DNA from: a virus
Lineage: Duplodnaviria; Caudoviricetes
Reading direction: 5' to 3' (one strand)
Length of the DNA stretch: 64,000 nt
IMG/VR virus record: IMGVR_UViG_3300042885_000751
Span: 9,935-73,934 of that record
A program made the position numbers and the translations under genes. Shown here one piece after another: positions 33,901 to 40,532 of this stretch. Each line of letters opens with the position of its first letter. The stretch's first letter is position 1. Under the pieces are notes generated by a model. That model was not told the origin of the DNA. It searched no databases and saw nothing but the letters and a program-made list of their open reading frames with translations.

Positions 33901-34879
33901 ATTACCTCTTATATCTGTTTTACAGAATGGAGTAGGTAACACTAAATATGGTCTTAGTTATGTTCTTCCTGATACTACATACTTTGAAATAGTAGAACCA
34001 GCATCTAGAGAATTTATTTCTAATAAGATGAATACATCTACTTTTGATAAAATTGCAGCTATGATGATTGCTAATGACCCTAATGTAAATAATTACATTG
34101 ATGGTTCAATTATATTTAAACCTACTACTCAACCATCTACTCAACAACAAGCTCCAGTAGGTAAAGTTTTTGATTATAATTATAAAATACCTTATGAAAA
34201 ACTTAAAGCAGTCATACCGGCTAGTAAATTTAATTCATTATTTATTAAAATTGAGGATTTACTAAATAATTATAGAATTAGTAAAGATGTACTTGATACT
34301 GTTCTTACTAAAAGCTCAGATAAAATGAAAGGTTTAATATTACTTATAGAAAAGCGATTTAGAAATGAAAATCTTATATATGGTACACCTGAATTTGATT
34401 TAAATATATGGGAAGAAAATAGAAATTACCTTTCAACTCTACTACATGCTGAACTTAAAAAGATTTATCCAAATTTACCTGCACTTGAAAAAATACAAAC
34501 AGTTGCAAAAAGACAAGCTTCAGTAACTGAAGAAGAACCAGATGGACAAACTGGAGAAGGCACAACTGAAAATCCAGTACCAGAAGAAAGAAATATAATA
34601 GTAAATCAATATACTTTCACAATTAAACCAGATGGTAAAATATATTATGGTAACGGTAAAGAATTAACTGAACAAACTATTAAAAATAAAGTGTATATTA
34701 GAAAAGAATTACAAGATGGTACATTAAGAGTGTCTACCTTTGATAAAAAAAATTATTATGTGCTTTCAGATAATAGAATAATTGATTCTGGAAAAACTGT
34801 AGGTGATGAATCTGTATTAAATTCTTTAACTAAAGAAAGAATATTAGAAGCAGCTTCACTTTATAAAAAATCTTGTTAA
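24962..34879 (+). CDS. Virion-packaged DNA-dependent RNA polymerase (crAss/phi14:2 gp66 type) with zincin domain
   Basis: 3305 aa; RIPVQGMNSM and KSGADYDVDKL (DxDxD, 31868-31882) two-barrel catalytic motifs; HEAWH...EEIIAEDF zincin motif at 27482-27496. Confidence 0.88.
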   Translation: MVNCSLSPTQVENLYKLIYKQMLNSLEDNSFNQEAFMTDLFEKIEQKADINTASTFLQVVPVLMKEALEQDELGNVNFDLNINRELINNFKNTENGLFKTLKYFKPEATLADLEISMEIEKGIINTPESDQGDELTDILNDPFRWQADDALTSTMQELSTRKPDEKDTGAKEKKDPNKERIYRAIRKIKEKGVRKEGGPELIYQGKVLKLKTVKLLSLNAKNLLDKTTVAFVIKSNSIVDQGTSLEDVTPAKDIIALVVTDENGVELFFDENGNISTKEEGGQIVYQFLRDVRTEKDSNKLRVTDIYGLEDRILSPAELIEKDAHNSKMSMESYKKWLIDQGTTYEELLVAVDNKQQESFKELQNLRDDARADKPKLLNITDISAGITDVFFSETSTTLDDFLTSSKKTFEDLDLQINPDKFTAQVYVNDTYYTIDRPNLPEEYINQIAAVLVNPKLTNEQKNNFYLQFTNNNINRDKRKLLVFYDSVTKELTAKYRTKSSESAQLFDLSASGAEKIIIDSLLYESTYVKTNGETEIYATTMGYNKDLLISKGVSKFYTYDRTTDKLIAKSYKDFLNGLDLKVLKPDTEKNDKDKAVNNPYFQFRIDKDFIAETEEVKEATTSTPVDKIKETKDNLVAKLKVNKDLSGTIYSGKALTDATFEMMIDGVRVEGRYEDGKPIAGIKIGDPVTFIVNDVSPTITDVISIYKGDKKIGQVSQTDFTLKPKTPKATVTPQQKAAEKDKPLTNPDKVGQADDTTGISDAFDLNRSAKLPNNVTQEEITAAQEWWDNSPLSKLIKLEHMANIVNSDVYARFIIAGKRLEDTKIQLDTATGSSAVDLYHEAWHAFSQLYLTKDQKTKLYAETRKRLNNYDLSPIEVEEIIAEDFRDYAKNPQTIKDGPTRNSLFRKIWNFIKALFGKQNTKDELFEKLFFASKNPKLLNKYTPLVDNHMFNTLNRARGIVNTETKELVLNYQDSLKVSNQIDSALSQIIDEVYNDRLNKNINKVKDLAGNIVTVNKTGTIQILTIDKNKKEAYARIELRFNKRLDKFKTELETTPQEDFNKRSLLNNKIRIIEEALANWDNVLEFHKEHSTFDLIKQKYIEINEEETEIDEDKTGTEVVEESEAVSKSEVGEKSLLQLAEKETLYILKSLFKIVDGKQVEGPLGFPELVDFSKIWNTVTKVIGGEKNPVKMYLKLQEAIPFYPELAQLVNNKFPDPRNIKTLQEFNIKAAFWQDFKKPLIRYVQLTVDTDKETGNYKSEVTDASIEFKNIINSFKSAFNSSAETKYISKNENNKSALKLDTLIKAFPTTASIALPAQQIEFVNALGIGLQDLKSIKDELGSKDYSIFYIYQIAKAVDTLNKDSKLSNNEQKEFIKKFIDNPIDALYGKIPAGIYKTTTSEKAVIQNLAKLQSKYGNNYASFSVLNAEKKLVNEFTEDSSVTMIVDAINNVKNGRDLWMNKGYNYMSYLNPLINGFTEQSQLLKSIFEVEENTWARRGDAKLDLVMVSGTQIVNLDGANTTSLDVHSKYIQELNMMLKSGFQEFMRHASKSSSFGMKSNKLNLYVDIEKFKPGGDANQYAVDNIFLGYIQAELLRIQKIRGNKEEYKKYVGYNREIKSADGKTVLGMAGEFFTAFDNILTKDTKEEIIEKVKDGKLLDYLESDPKLKEDITEQVSAYFERQSADNKKDFQKSKWIDPALTNKLKVYELSTDDEETTLIKAHTMNAWIHNFETASLIYGDIVQYNHAKQELHKRNPGSTSGGRGFMDDLYTQNFLNSDLIKGTSYGAKLATMDEFGSDYAPFSYSNTYNTAIMQEVKRSSVYVKNIEKGLREDYKNRGLSQAEIDKRLLKELKPYKDMEEGDGQGYITIDAYRLLRLAEKNWSSEQEDLFQKVISGKEVSTEDITQIFPVYKLQHFGHLANTPLPVNAMHKFALMPLIPSLIVGSDLESLHHQMMKGNIQYATFQTGSKVGSVTSQLNKDGKAVADQIYDDNGAQKTLKSDIAFTPNTIYLAYLKNVTAVPIKLKGKTVFSTQLRKLIIEGLYENGKLVNQEYAPFVKAYEDAVNGYTEILKTELLNEIGYEYKDGKYVSGNITKFMDVVQRELTRKDLPEHLIDYIQVGSNNVLTKDLSLHMLSGDIEKMITSLVEKRIIKQKVKGEALVQVASSLTNGLWDSGFKFEKAQTAEIEKYLGTNNLPFYNPGENGNTSAMKVAIALQGDFKNLLKLKDLDGVEIGTRERLNVLIKNDEWLNKGNNRKSVTLSAVRIPVQGMNSMEFMEVYEFLDPAAGSIIIPPSEIVAKSGADYDVDKLTTFMPNIDENGNYVTSNISEETLKKLIANAESKGDKAEVVKLIALQKKAIENRLIDSIRGILQLPDNYATLVRPNETYLMKDIADELVDSSPEYGRYKTISPTNTLEVGYNLAKHDYNMTGKDVLGIIALENALHPLYTALGAALPKTYYGSVKNKRTKKYEDDKSIIYDMRLLLDHNKTEDGRISLSGINSVDGQDKIADLFSHLMNGSVDVEKDAWIFFIQANKELIPMLLNLLKAGVPKRQAVYFISQPLVKEYANQQRLYASTYANLTGKETLPDENAKYNALQATLKQTDISQAIFKANENRLNNTLDNLNPNTIIKVKPKNNKDSFEITVKEFKKFITEGEIKLDYTDALLDIKGNVIFKSIIADPNNAFYHPMSTPNYKDVVLAATEGMDKFTTADLKETMESNDTTSPKAIAMFLHYLEYERQIKDMADLKRQSNPDTATSKTIQEIMQRKIGLDILSRSSKIDQDLVRKLREESILGSFFDNVITQDLVEPLFPLTDDKRVSDYLLNYINNNNIPLKFGEGADGITNFITSFKQAMVNYIYQNRLNEIITTKESFPGVPELFNSLNHQAYVTRFMSMISENTHLKELYSVLEQITDVPVNIFDSKTKQIKGQISVLTLNNKPVVKGALSDSYHQNLIDLADENVIKVKDPVKNKKISDMFKILPLISVLQNGVGNTKYGLSYVLPDTTYFEIVEPASREFISNKMNTSTFDKIAAMMIANDPNVNNYIDGSIIFKPTTQPSTQQQAPVGKVFDYNYKIPYEKLKAVIPASKFNSLFIKIEDLLNNYRISKDVLDTVLTKSSDKMKGLILLIEKRFRNENLIYGTPEFDLNIWEENRNYLSTLLHAELKKIYPNLPALEKIQTVAKRQASVTEEEPDGQTGEGTTENPVPEERNIIVNQYTFTIKPDGKIYYGNGKELTEQTIKNKVYIRKELQDGTLRVSTFDKKNYYVLSDNRIIDSGKTVGDESVLNSLTKERILEAASLYKKSC

Positions 34880-34889
34880 TAATAATATT

Positions 34890-35648
34890 ATGGCTTGTAA
34901 ACTACAAATTAAAGAAGATTTAAATAAAGAAATTGATAAAAAACTAGGTGGGTATAGAGATACTACACATAGTGACTTTAATGCTGAAAGAATCTTAAAA
35001 GATATTAATAATGAATATCCTAAACTAGCTAGTAAAAGTGTTTTTGATAAAGATATAGTTGTAATAAACATTTCTGAAAAAGTTCTTGATAGTATTGTTG
35101 ATGAAAAATATAATGCTCAATTACAAATAGAAGAAGAGTTAGCAATGATGTCTGGTGAAGTAGATTTTGATGAAAGAGATATTAGTTTTTATAATGGTGA
35201 TGAAGCTTTATTTGATCAGGAAAATAGAGAAGAAGCAGAAATAGAAGTAGATGAAGAATACATAGAAGAATACCCTATTCAAACTGAATATAAAAAAGAA
35301 TTTGAGAAGACTGGTAAAAAACCAAAATCAGTTATAATTGGTGGTTCAAAAGCTATTTTAAATAATAATGATACATATGATATAACAGATTTATCAGGTA
35401 AAATAGTATTATTAAAAAATATTGACCTAGATACTATGGAATTAGTAGAAGAACCAGTATCTTTAAAACCATATAATCAAAAAGCATTTAATTCTTTTGT
35501 AAATGATACTATGTTAAATCTATTTACAGAAGAACAACTTGCTTATAAAGGTATTGACATTAATGATATATTTGATGAATTAGAAGTAATTACTACTGAA
35601 TCTGAGTTAGTCAAAATAATGGTTAAAGTACTTAAAAATTTGTGTTAA
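34890..35648 (+). CDS. Acidic hypothetical virion protein with Cys at both termini
   Basis: 252 aa ORF; begins MAC, ends NLC. Confidence 0.6.
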   Translation: MACKLQIKEDLNKEIDKKLGGYRDTTHSDFNAERILKDINNEYPKLASKSVFDKDIVVINISEKVLDSIVDEKYNAQLQIEEELAMMSGEVDFDERDISFYNGDEALFDQENREEAEIEVDEEYIEEYPIQTEYKKEFEKTGKKPKSVIIGGSKAILNNNDTYDITDLSGKIVLLKNIDLDTMELVEEPVSLKPYNQKAFNSFVNDTMLNLFTEEQLAYKGIDINDIFDELEVITTESELVKIMVKVLKNLC

Positions 35649-35666
35649 TTAAAAATTCTAAACAAT

Positions 35667-38600
35667 ATGTATTGCCCAATTAAAACCAGCAAAGAATATG
35701 TAAAAATACTTAACTCAGTAAATGGAAATGATACTAGAGCTGAAGAAGAATGGATTAAACAAGGTTTTGCTAATAATAAAGATTTAAATTATATACCTGA
35801 TGAATTAACTGATAATGCTGAAGTAAAAAAAGATGATATATCTACTATGGTGGATAGTATTTGGGGATATTTAGAAAAACAATTAAAAATACTTCAAGGT
35901 CAAAAATTAATTAATCAAGAAGAAAAAGAAGAAAGACAAAAAAAATTAATTGAAGAATTTAGACATCTTGAAGGTATTAATTCTATTAACATGTTTGTTA
36001 AAGACAGTTATGAAAAAGCTTTAGAAATTGAAAAATTAATGAAAGCTATCATTAATAAAAAAGATGATGGCACAGATGATTTTAAAAAAAATCAAATTGC
36101 TGAACTTACTAAGTTAAATAATTTTGCTAGTGGTTATAGTATTCTTGATGAAATTTCTAAAGCTGATATATATAGTTTTTTTACTGCAAAAGAAGGAGAA
36201 GAACAAGTCTCTGAAGAAACTGGTAAAACTATAAGAGAAATGTTAACAGATGCAATCTCAATAAAAAAAGCAGTTAAAGAACAATATATAAGACAGGGTA
36301 TACCATTAATGGCCTCATTTTTACTTAATTATAAAAATTTAAATTTAGATGAAGCAATTGATAATGAAGTAAATGCATTAATAAAAAAATTAGAAGCTGA
36401 AAAAACATCTGCAAATGCTAATGATAAAAAAATTAAACAGATAACAGATAGAATTACTAAATATAGATCTTTTACACAGACTCAAGAGTCAATGGAAGAT
36501 TTATTAAAATTTGCTGCTAAAGATGAAGGTTCAATGGAATTTTGGTTTGGACCATTAATAACTAATGCAGATGCTTCATTAGGTTTATTTGCAAGAGCAG
36601 TTAAAACAGAATTTGAAAGTGCAAGACAATTGGATATAGATATAGCAAAACTTGCAGGTAAAGCATTTACAAAATATAAAGATAGTCAAGCAGAAAGCAG
36701 AGACAATCCAGCTAAGTTTAATGAAGGTTTATATGAAGTATTATCATCTTATAGTACAGATAAGAATGGTGAACCTGTTATTACTAAAAAAATGGCTTTT
36801 GTACAAAAATACCGTATGAGTGATTATAATAAAGAGTTAAATAAAATATATACTAATCCAATTAAAGGTACTGATCTTTCACCTGCTCAATTAAGAGCAA
36901 AATCTGATTATGAAGCTAATAAAACTACTATAATAAGAGACTGGTATGCTGAGAATGCACAAAAGAAAAGTGATGCAGAAATTGATAAAATTCTTGCTGA
37001 AAAAAATAAATTACTAAATTCTGGTGCTTGGAATCAAAAAGATTATGATAAATGGCATAAATCTGTTTTAAAAATCTTAGATAATGGTACTAAGATTTAT
37101 ATGAAAGAATTTAGTGAGCCAGCTGATAAATATCTTAATAAAAAATGGGAAGCTTTGTATGATAAAAATGATAAACCTAAAAATGCTAAAGGGGAATACC
37201 ATTCATTTTTATTAAATCTATATCTTGATGCTCAAGAAAAAGTACCAGATACTCAAAAAATGGGTTATGTTTTACCATCAATACATAAACGTACTATAGA
37301 AAGAAGTAGTATTAAAAGTGTTATAAAAGATAAATTTGAAGATGCAACAACTATAAGAGGAGATGAACCTGAATTTGGTGTTTCAGATTTATCTAATGAA
37401 AGTGCAAAGTTTATACCCGTATACTATACTCAAGATATGGATGCTGATGAAGTAAGTTTAGATTTAATAAGATCTGTAGAACTTTATTCTCAAATGGCAA
37501 ATAAATATGAATCAGTAAATAATATCTCAGCAGAAACATCAATGTTTAAAGCCATTATAGGAGATAGAGAAGTTGCTGTAACTACTTCTAAAGATGTTAA
37601 AGTATTAGATGCACTTGCAAATAAACTTGGTATTAAATCTACTATTAAAAAACAAGGTGAAGCAAATTCTAAAAAACATGTAGATGCATTTATAAATATG
37701 CAATTATATAATGAAATGCAAAAAGCTGAAGTAATTGGAAGTTATTCTATGGGTAAATTAACAAATCTTGCTTTAAGTTATTCTGCTATAACAAGTATTG
37801 CTGCAGATTTACTTAAAGGTGTTGCAAATAATTTACAAGGTAATATCCAATTAATTATTGAAGCTAACTCATCTGAATTTTTCAGTAGAAAAGATTTAAG
37901 AAAAGGTAAATTGTATTATGCAAAAAATGTAACCTCATTTCTTTCTGATTTTGGTAAACCAACACCTGATTCATTAGTAGGTAATCTTGTAAATCATTAT
38001 GACCCAATGCAAGGTAACTATAAAGATCAGTATGGTAAAAATGTTTCAGGTAGTGTATTTGCTAAGTTAATGAGAACAGATACACTATTCTTTAATCAGC
38101 ATTTTGGTGAGCATGAGATACAAGTATCTGCAATGTTTGCATTAATGGAAGCAACTAAAGTAACTGATACTAATACTGGAGAAACAATTTCTCTTTTAGA
38201 TGCATATACTAAATACGGCATTAAAGAACTTGATAAAAATACAGATTTCAATAATACAAAGAAACTTGACTTACAAAATAGAATACATGCAATAAGTAAA
38301 AAATTACATGGTGTCTATAATGATTTTGATAAAGGTACTGCACAAAGATATTCAGTAGGTAGATTAGCTATCATGTATAGAAAACATCTTATACCTGGTT
38401 ATAAAAGAAGATATGGTAAACTTCAAGTAGATCAAGAACTTGGTGCTGTAACTGAAGGTTACTATATAACTTTTTATAATACAATGTTAAAAGATTTGGC
38501 TAAGCTGAAACTTAATATGATGCAGAACTGGTCAACATATACACCTTTTGAAAAAGCACAAATCAAAAGAGTAATGGCTGAAACAGTAATCATATTTGGA

Positions 38601-38981
38601 ACAACTGCTTTTATAATGTTATTAATGCATGCTTTTGGTGATGATGATGATGAGAAAAAAGGATATGTATACAATTTTATGTTGTATGAATTATCTAGAA
38701 TGCAATCTGAAACTGCATCATATATATCTCCTCAAGATGCTTATCGTACTGTTAAATCTCCATCAGCTATGGTTAGTACAATAGAAAGAATGACAAAATT
38801 TGTTGATCAATTTTTATTTACATGGAGTCCTGAAAAATTAAGTTATCAAAGAAAAGAAGGTGTATGGAATAAAGGTGATAATAAATCTTGGGCATACTTT
38901 CTTAAACTAATGGGTTTCTCTGGATATAATTTTAATCCAGAAGCAGCAGTTAAATCATTTAAAGCTACACTATTAAAATAA
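35667..38981 (+). CDS. Large ejected/RNAP-associated protein with C-terminal hydrophobic helix
   Basis: 1104 aa; LHGVYN...GRLAIMYRKHL motif and ETVIIFGTTAFIMLLMHAF segment typical of the last giant crAss virion protein. Confidence 0.65.
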   Translation: MYCPIKTSKEYVKILNSVNGNDTRAEEEWIKQGFANNKDLNYIPDELTDNAEVKKDDISTMVDSIWGYLEKQLKILQGQKLINQEEKEERQKKLIEEFRHLEGINSINMFVKDSYEKALEIEKLMKAIINKKDDGTDDFKKNQIAELTKLNNFASGYSILDEISKADIYSFFTAKEGEEQVSEETGKTIREMLTDAISIKKAVKEQYIRQGIPLMASFLLNYKNLNLDEAIDNEVNALIKKLEAEKTSANANDKKIKQITDRITKYRSFTQTQESMEDLLKFAAKDEGSMEFWFGPLITNADASLGLFARAVKTEFESARQLDIDIAKLAGKAFTKYKDSQAESRDNPAKFNEGLYEVLSSYSTDKNGEPVITKKMAFVQKYRMSDYNKELNKIYTNPIKGTDLSPAQLRAKSDYEANKTTIIRDWYAENAQKKSDAEIDKILAEKNKLLNSGAWNQKDYDKWHKSVLKILDNGTKIYMKEFSEPADKYLNKKWEALYDKNDKPKNAKGEYHSFLLNLYLDAQEKVPDTQKMGYVLPSIHKRTIERSSIKSVIKDKFEDATTIRGDEPEFGVSDLSNESAKFIPVYYTQDMDADEVSLDLIRSVELYSQMANKYESVNNISAETSMFKAIIGDREVAVTTSKDVKVLDALANKLGIKSTIKKQGEANSKKHVDAFINMQLYNEMQKAEVIGSYSMGKLTNLALSYSAITSIAADLLKGVANNLQGNIQLIIEANSSEFFSRKDLRKGKLYYAKNVTSFLSDFGKPTPDSLVGNLVNHYDPMQGNYKDQYGKNVSGSVFAKLMRTDTLFFNQHFGEHEIQVSAMFALMEATKVTDTNTGETISLLDAYTKYGIKELDKNTDFNNTKKLDLQNRIHAISKKLHGVYNDFDKGTAQRYSVGRLAIMYRKHLIPGYKRRYGKLQVDQELGAVTEGYYITFYNTMLKDLAKLKLNMMQNWSTYTPFEKAQIKRVMAETVIIFGTTAFIMLLMHAFGDDDDEKKGYVYNFMLYELSRMQSETASYISPQDAYRTVKSPSAMVSTIERMTKFVDQFLFTWSPEKLSYQRKEGVWNKGDNKSWAYFLKLMGFSGYNFNPEAAVKSFKATLLK

Positions 38982-38986
38982 ACACA

Positions 38987-39121
38987 ATGACAGGTAAAAC
39001 AACAGGAAGCGCAAGTGCTTCAGTAAAAGTATCAAGACCAGGTGTACACTCTAAGAATGGTACATCTAAGCTTAAGAAATCAAAGCTCTATAAGAAAGGT
39101 TATCGGGGGCAAGGCAAGTAG
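38987..39121 (+). CDS. Small basic protein (44 aa), not in ORF track
   Basis: MTGKTTGSASASVKVSRPGVHSKNGTSKLKKSKLYKKGYRGQGK; ATG 5 nt after upstream stop, terminator directly after TAG. Confidence 0.75.
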   Translation: MTGKTTGSASASVKVSRPGVHSKNGTSKLKKSKLYKKGYRGQGK

Positions 39122-39122
39122 G

Positions 39123-39160
39123 AAAAAAAAAGGAGAGAACCGTTATGGCTCTCTCCTTTA
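39123..39160. terminator. Probably bidirectional terminator at the strand convergence
   Basis: A-run + GGAGAG...CTCTCC + TTT between converging gene blocks. Confidence 0.75.
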
Positions 39161-39195
39161 AGTTTAAATCTTTATTATTTAAATATATCAAGTTT

Positions 39196-39224
39196 AAAAA
39201 AGGAGATACATTGCTGTACCTCCT
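39196..39224 (-). terminator. Rho-independent terminator of the replication block
   Basis: Minus strand AGGAGGTACA-GCAA-TGTATCTCCT followed by TTTTT. Confidence 0.7.
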
Positions 39225-39268
39225 AATTGATATATTTGTTTAACTATACTCCCTTGGAGCAAGTGCTT

Positions 39269-40531
39269 TTATAGGAAGAACTCTCCTCCTAATGTGTCAT
39301 CATCAGTATCATCTAGATTAAAATCAAAATTAAAATCATCATCTTCTAGTATACCTTTTGCTATAACTTTAATTTCTCTTTTATCTAACTTTTCTTGTAG
39401 TTGTATAAGTTCCTCAGCTTCAGCAGGTTTAACCTCTTCTACTTCAAGTGTTTCTTCAAGTGCTATTTTCTCAGCATTTGGTATTCTTATTAGAATATCA
39501 TCTAAAGATAATCTTTCTGGTTCAACTAATTCAGGTTCACCTTCTATTGCAGCTACTCTAGCATTATACTCTTCATCAGACTCAATGTGAATCTCAATAT
39601 CATCAACTATAGGTGCTTCAAAAGTATTACCTGCTGGATCTTCATAGAATAGAACATCTCTTTCAGCTTCTTCCCTTTCTTCAACAACTTGTAATAACTC
39701 AGCATCTACTTCAGCTTTTTCAATCTCAGTAAGAATGTTTAACTGATTCTCAGGTTGACCATAGTTTAACTCTAATGGATCTACAGAAACTAATTCTGCA
39801 TCTTCAACAAAGTTAATTAAATCAAATTCAAATGCAATAAACCAGTGAAATTTTCTCTGGTCATCCATCCAGTCTCTTGGATGTGATTTCTTCAATGCAT
39901 AAGTAACATGATTATAAAATGCCCACAATGAATTTATCTCACAGTTGTAGTCATAACCTGGTTTATCCATTTGTTGTTTTACAATAGATATCTGCTCATT
40001 AGTAAGAAGTTCATACTCTGCGTATAATACACCCAATAATTCAGCTTGTTTTCTTTCAGTAATAGTAATTTTCTTCATTGTATCTTTATCAGCTACAATT
40101 CTGTCAAAGTATACATCTGCATTACTAATTTGCTCAATGATTGCTTTAACAGTTTCAGTGTCTGCAGTTCCAAGATGTTTTCTTCCATATGAACCCATAT
40201 CTCCGGCTACTACACCATTCATGCATATAAACACATAACCACCCATTGCACATTTAAATCTCATTAGTTTATTATAACTATTAGACCATGCAAACATTAA
40301 TCCTATCTCAGGATCTTTATCATAATTAATATAATATATACCTTGAGCAATAGAGCCATCAGAATTAGATCTGTATGTTTCTTTTTCTACAGTGAAACCA
40401 TGGAGAGTTAATTGCTCCATAGTATGATTAATAATAAATTCATGTGAGATAACAGTATATGACTCTGCATGATTTGGTAATGCTACACTAGTTAAATATT
40501 CTTTTGTGCAGTCTTTAGTTCTTATTGCCAT
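39269..40531 (-). CDS. DUF932/DUF945-like protein with long acidic tail
   Basis: YTVISH...NSYNK...GGYVFICMNG...SLWAFYNHVTYALK pattern; C-terminal ~170 aa very D/E-rich. Confidence 0.6.
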   Translation of the reverse strand: MAIRTKDCTKEYLTSVALPNHAESYTVISHEFIINHTMEQLTLHGFTVEKETYRSNSDGSIAQGIYYINYDKDPEIGLMFAWSNSYNKLMRFKCAMGGYVFICMNGVVAGDMGSYGRKHLGTADTETVKAIIEQISNADVYFDRIVADKDTMKKITITERKQAELLGVLYAEYELLTNEQISIVKQQMDKPGYDYNCEINSLWAFYNHVTYALKKSHPRDWMDDQRKFHWFIAFEFDLINFVEDAELVSVDPLELNYGQPENQLNILTEIEKAEVDAELLQVVEEREEAERDVLFYEDPAGNTFEAPIVDDIEIHIESDEEYNARVAAIEGEPELVEPERLSLDDILIRIPNAEKIALEETLEVEEVKPAEAEELIQLQEKLDKREIKVIAKGILEDDDFNFDFNLDDTDDDTLGGEFFL

Positions 40532-40532
40532 T

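Noticed and set aside
24952-35675. TGTTAA at three gene ends as a read-through or frameshift signal fusing the giant ORFs
   Set aside because: Spacers are 4, 10 and 18 nt, giving inconsistent frames, with no slippery site or stimulatory structure; the protein-level Cys explanation also accounts for the N-terminal Cys
39122-39268. tRNA or other known ncRNA in the convergence gap
   Set aside because: Only terminator-like hairpins are visible; no cloverleaf, T-arm or CCA pattern
3929-39590. Short alternative-frame and antisense ORFs in the track (e.g. 5027..5263, 13755..14177, 19887..20246, 39294..39590)
   Set aside because: They are nested in long genes and have shadow-frame composition (L/F/S/I-rich) with no recognisable motifs
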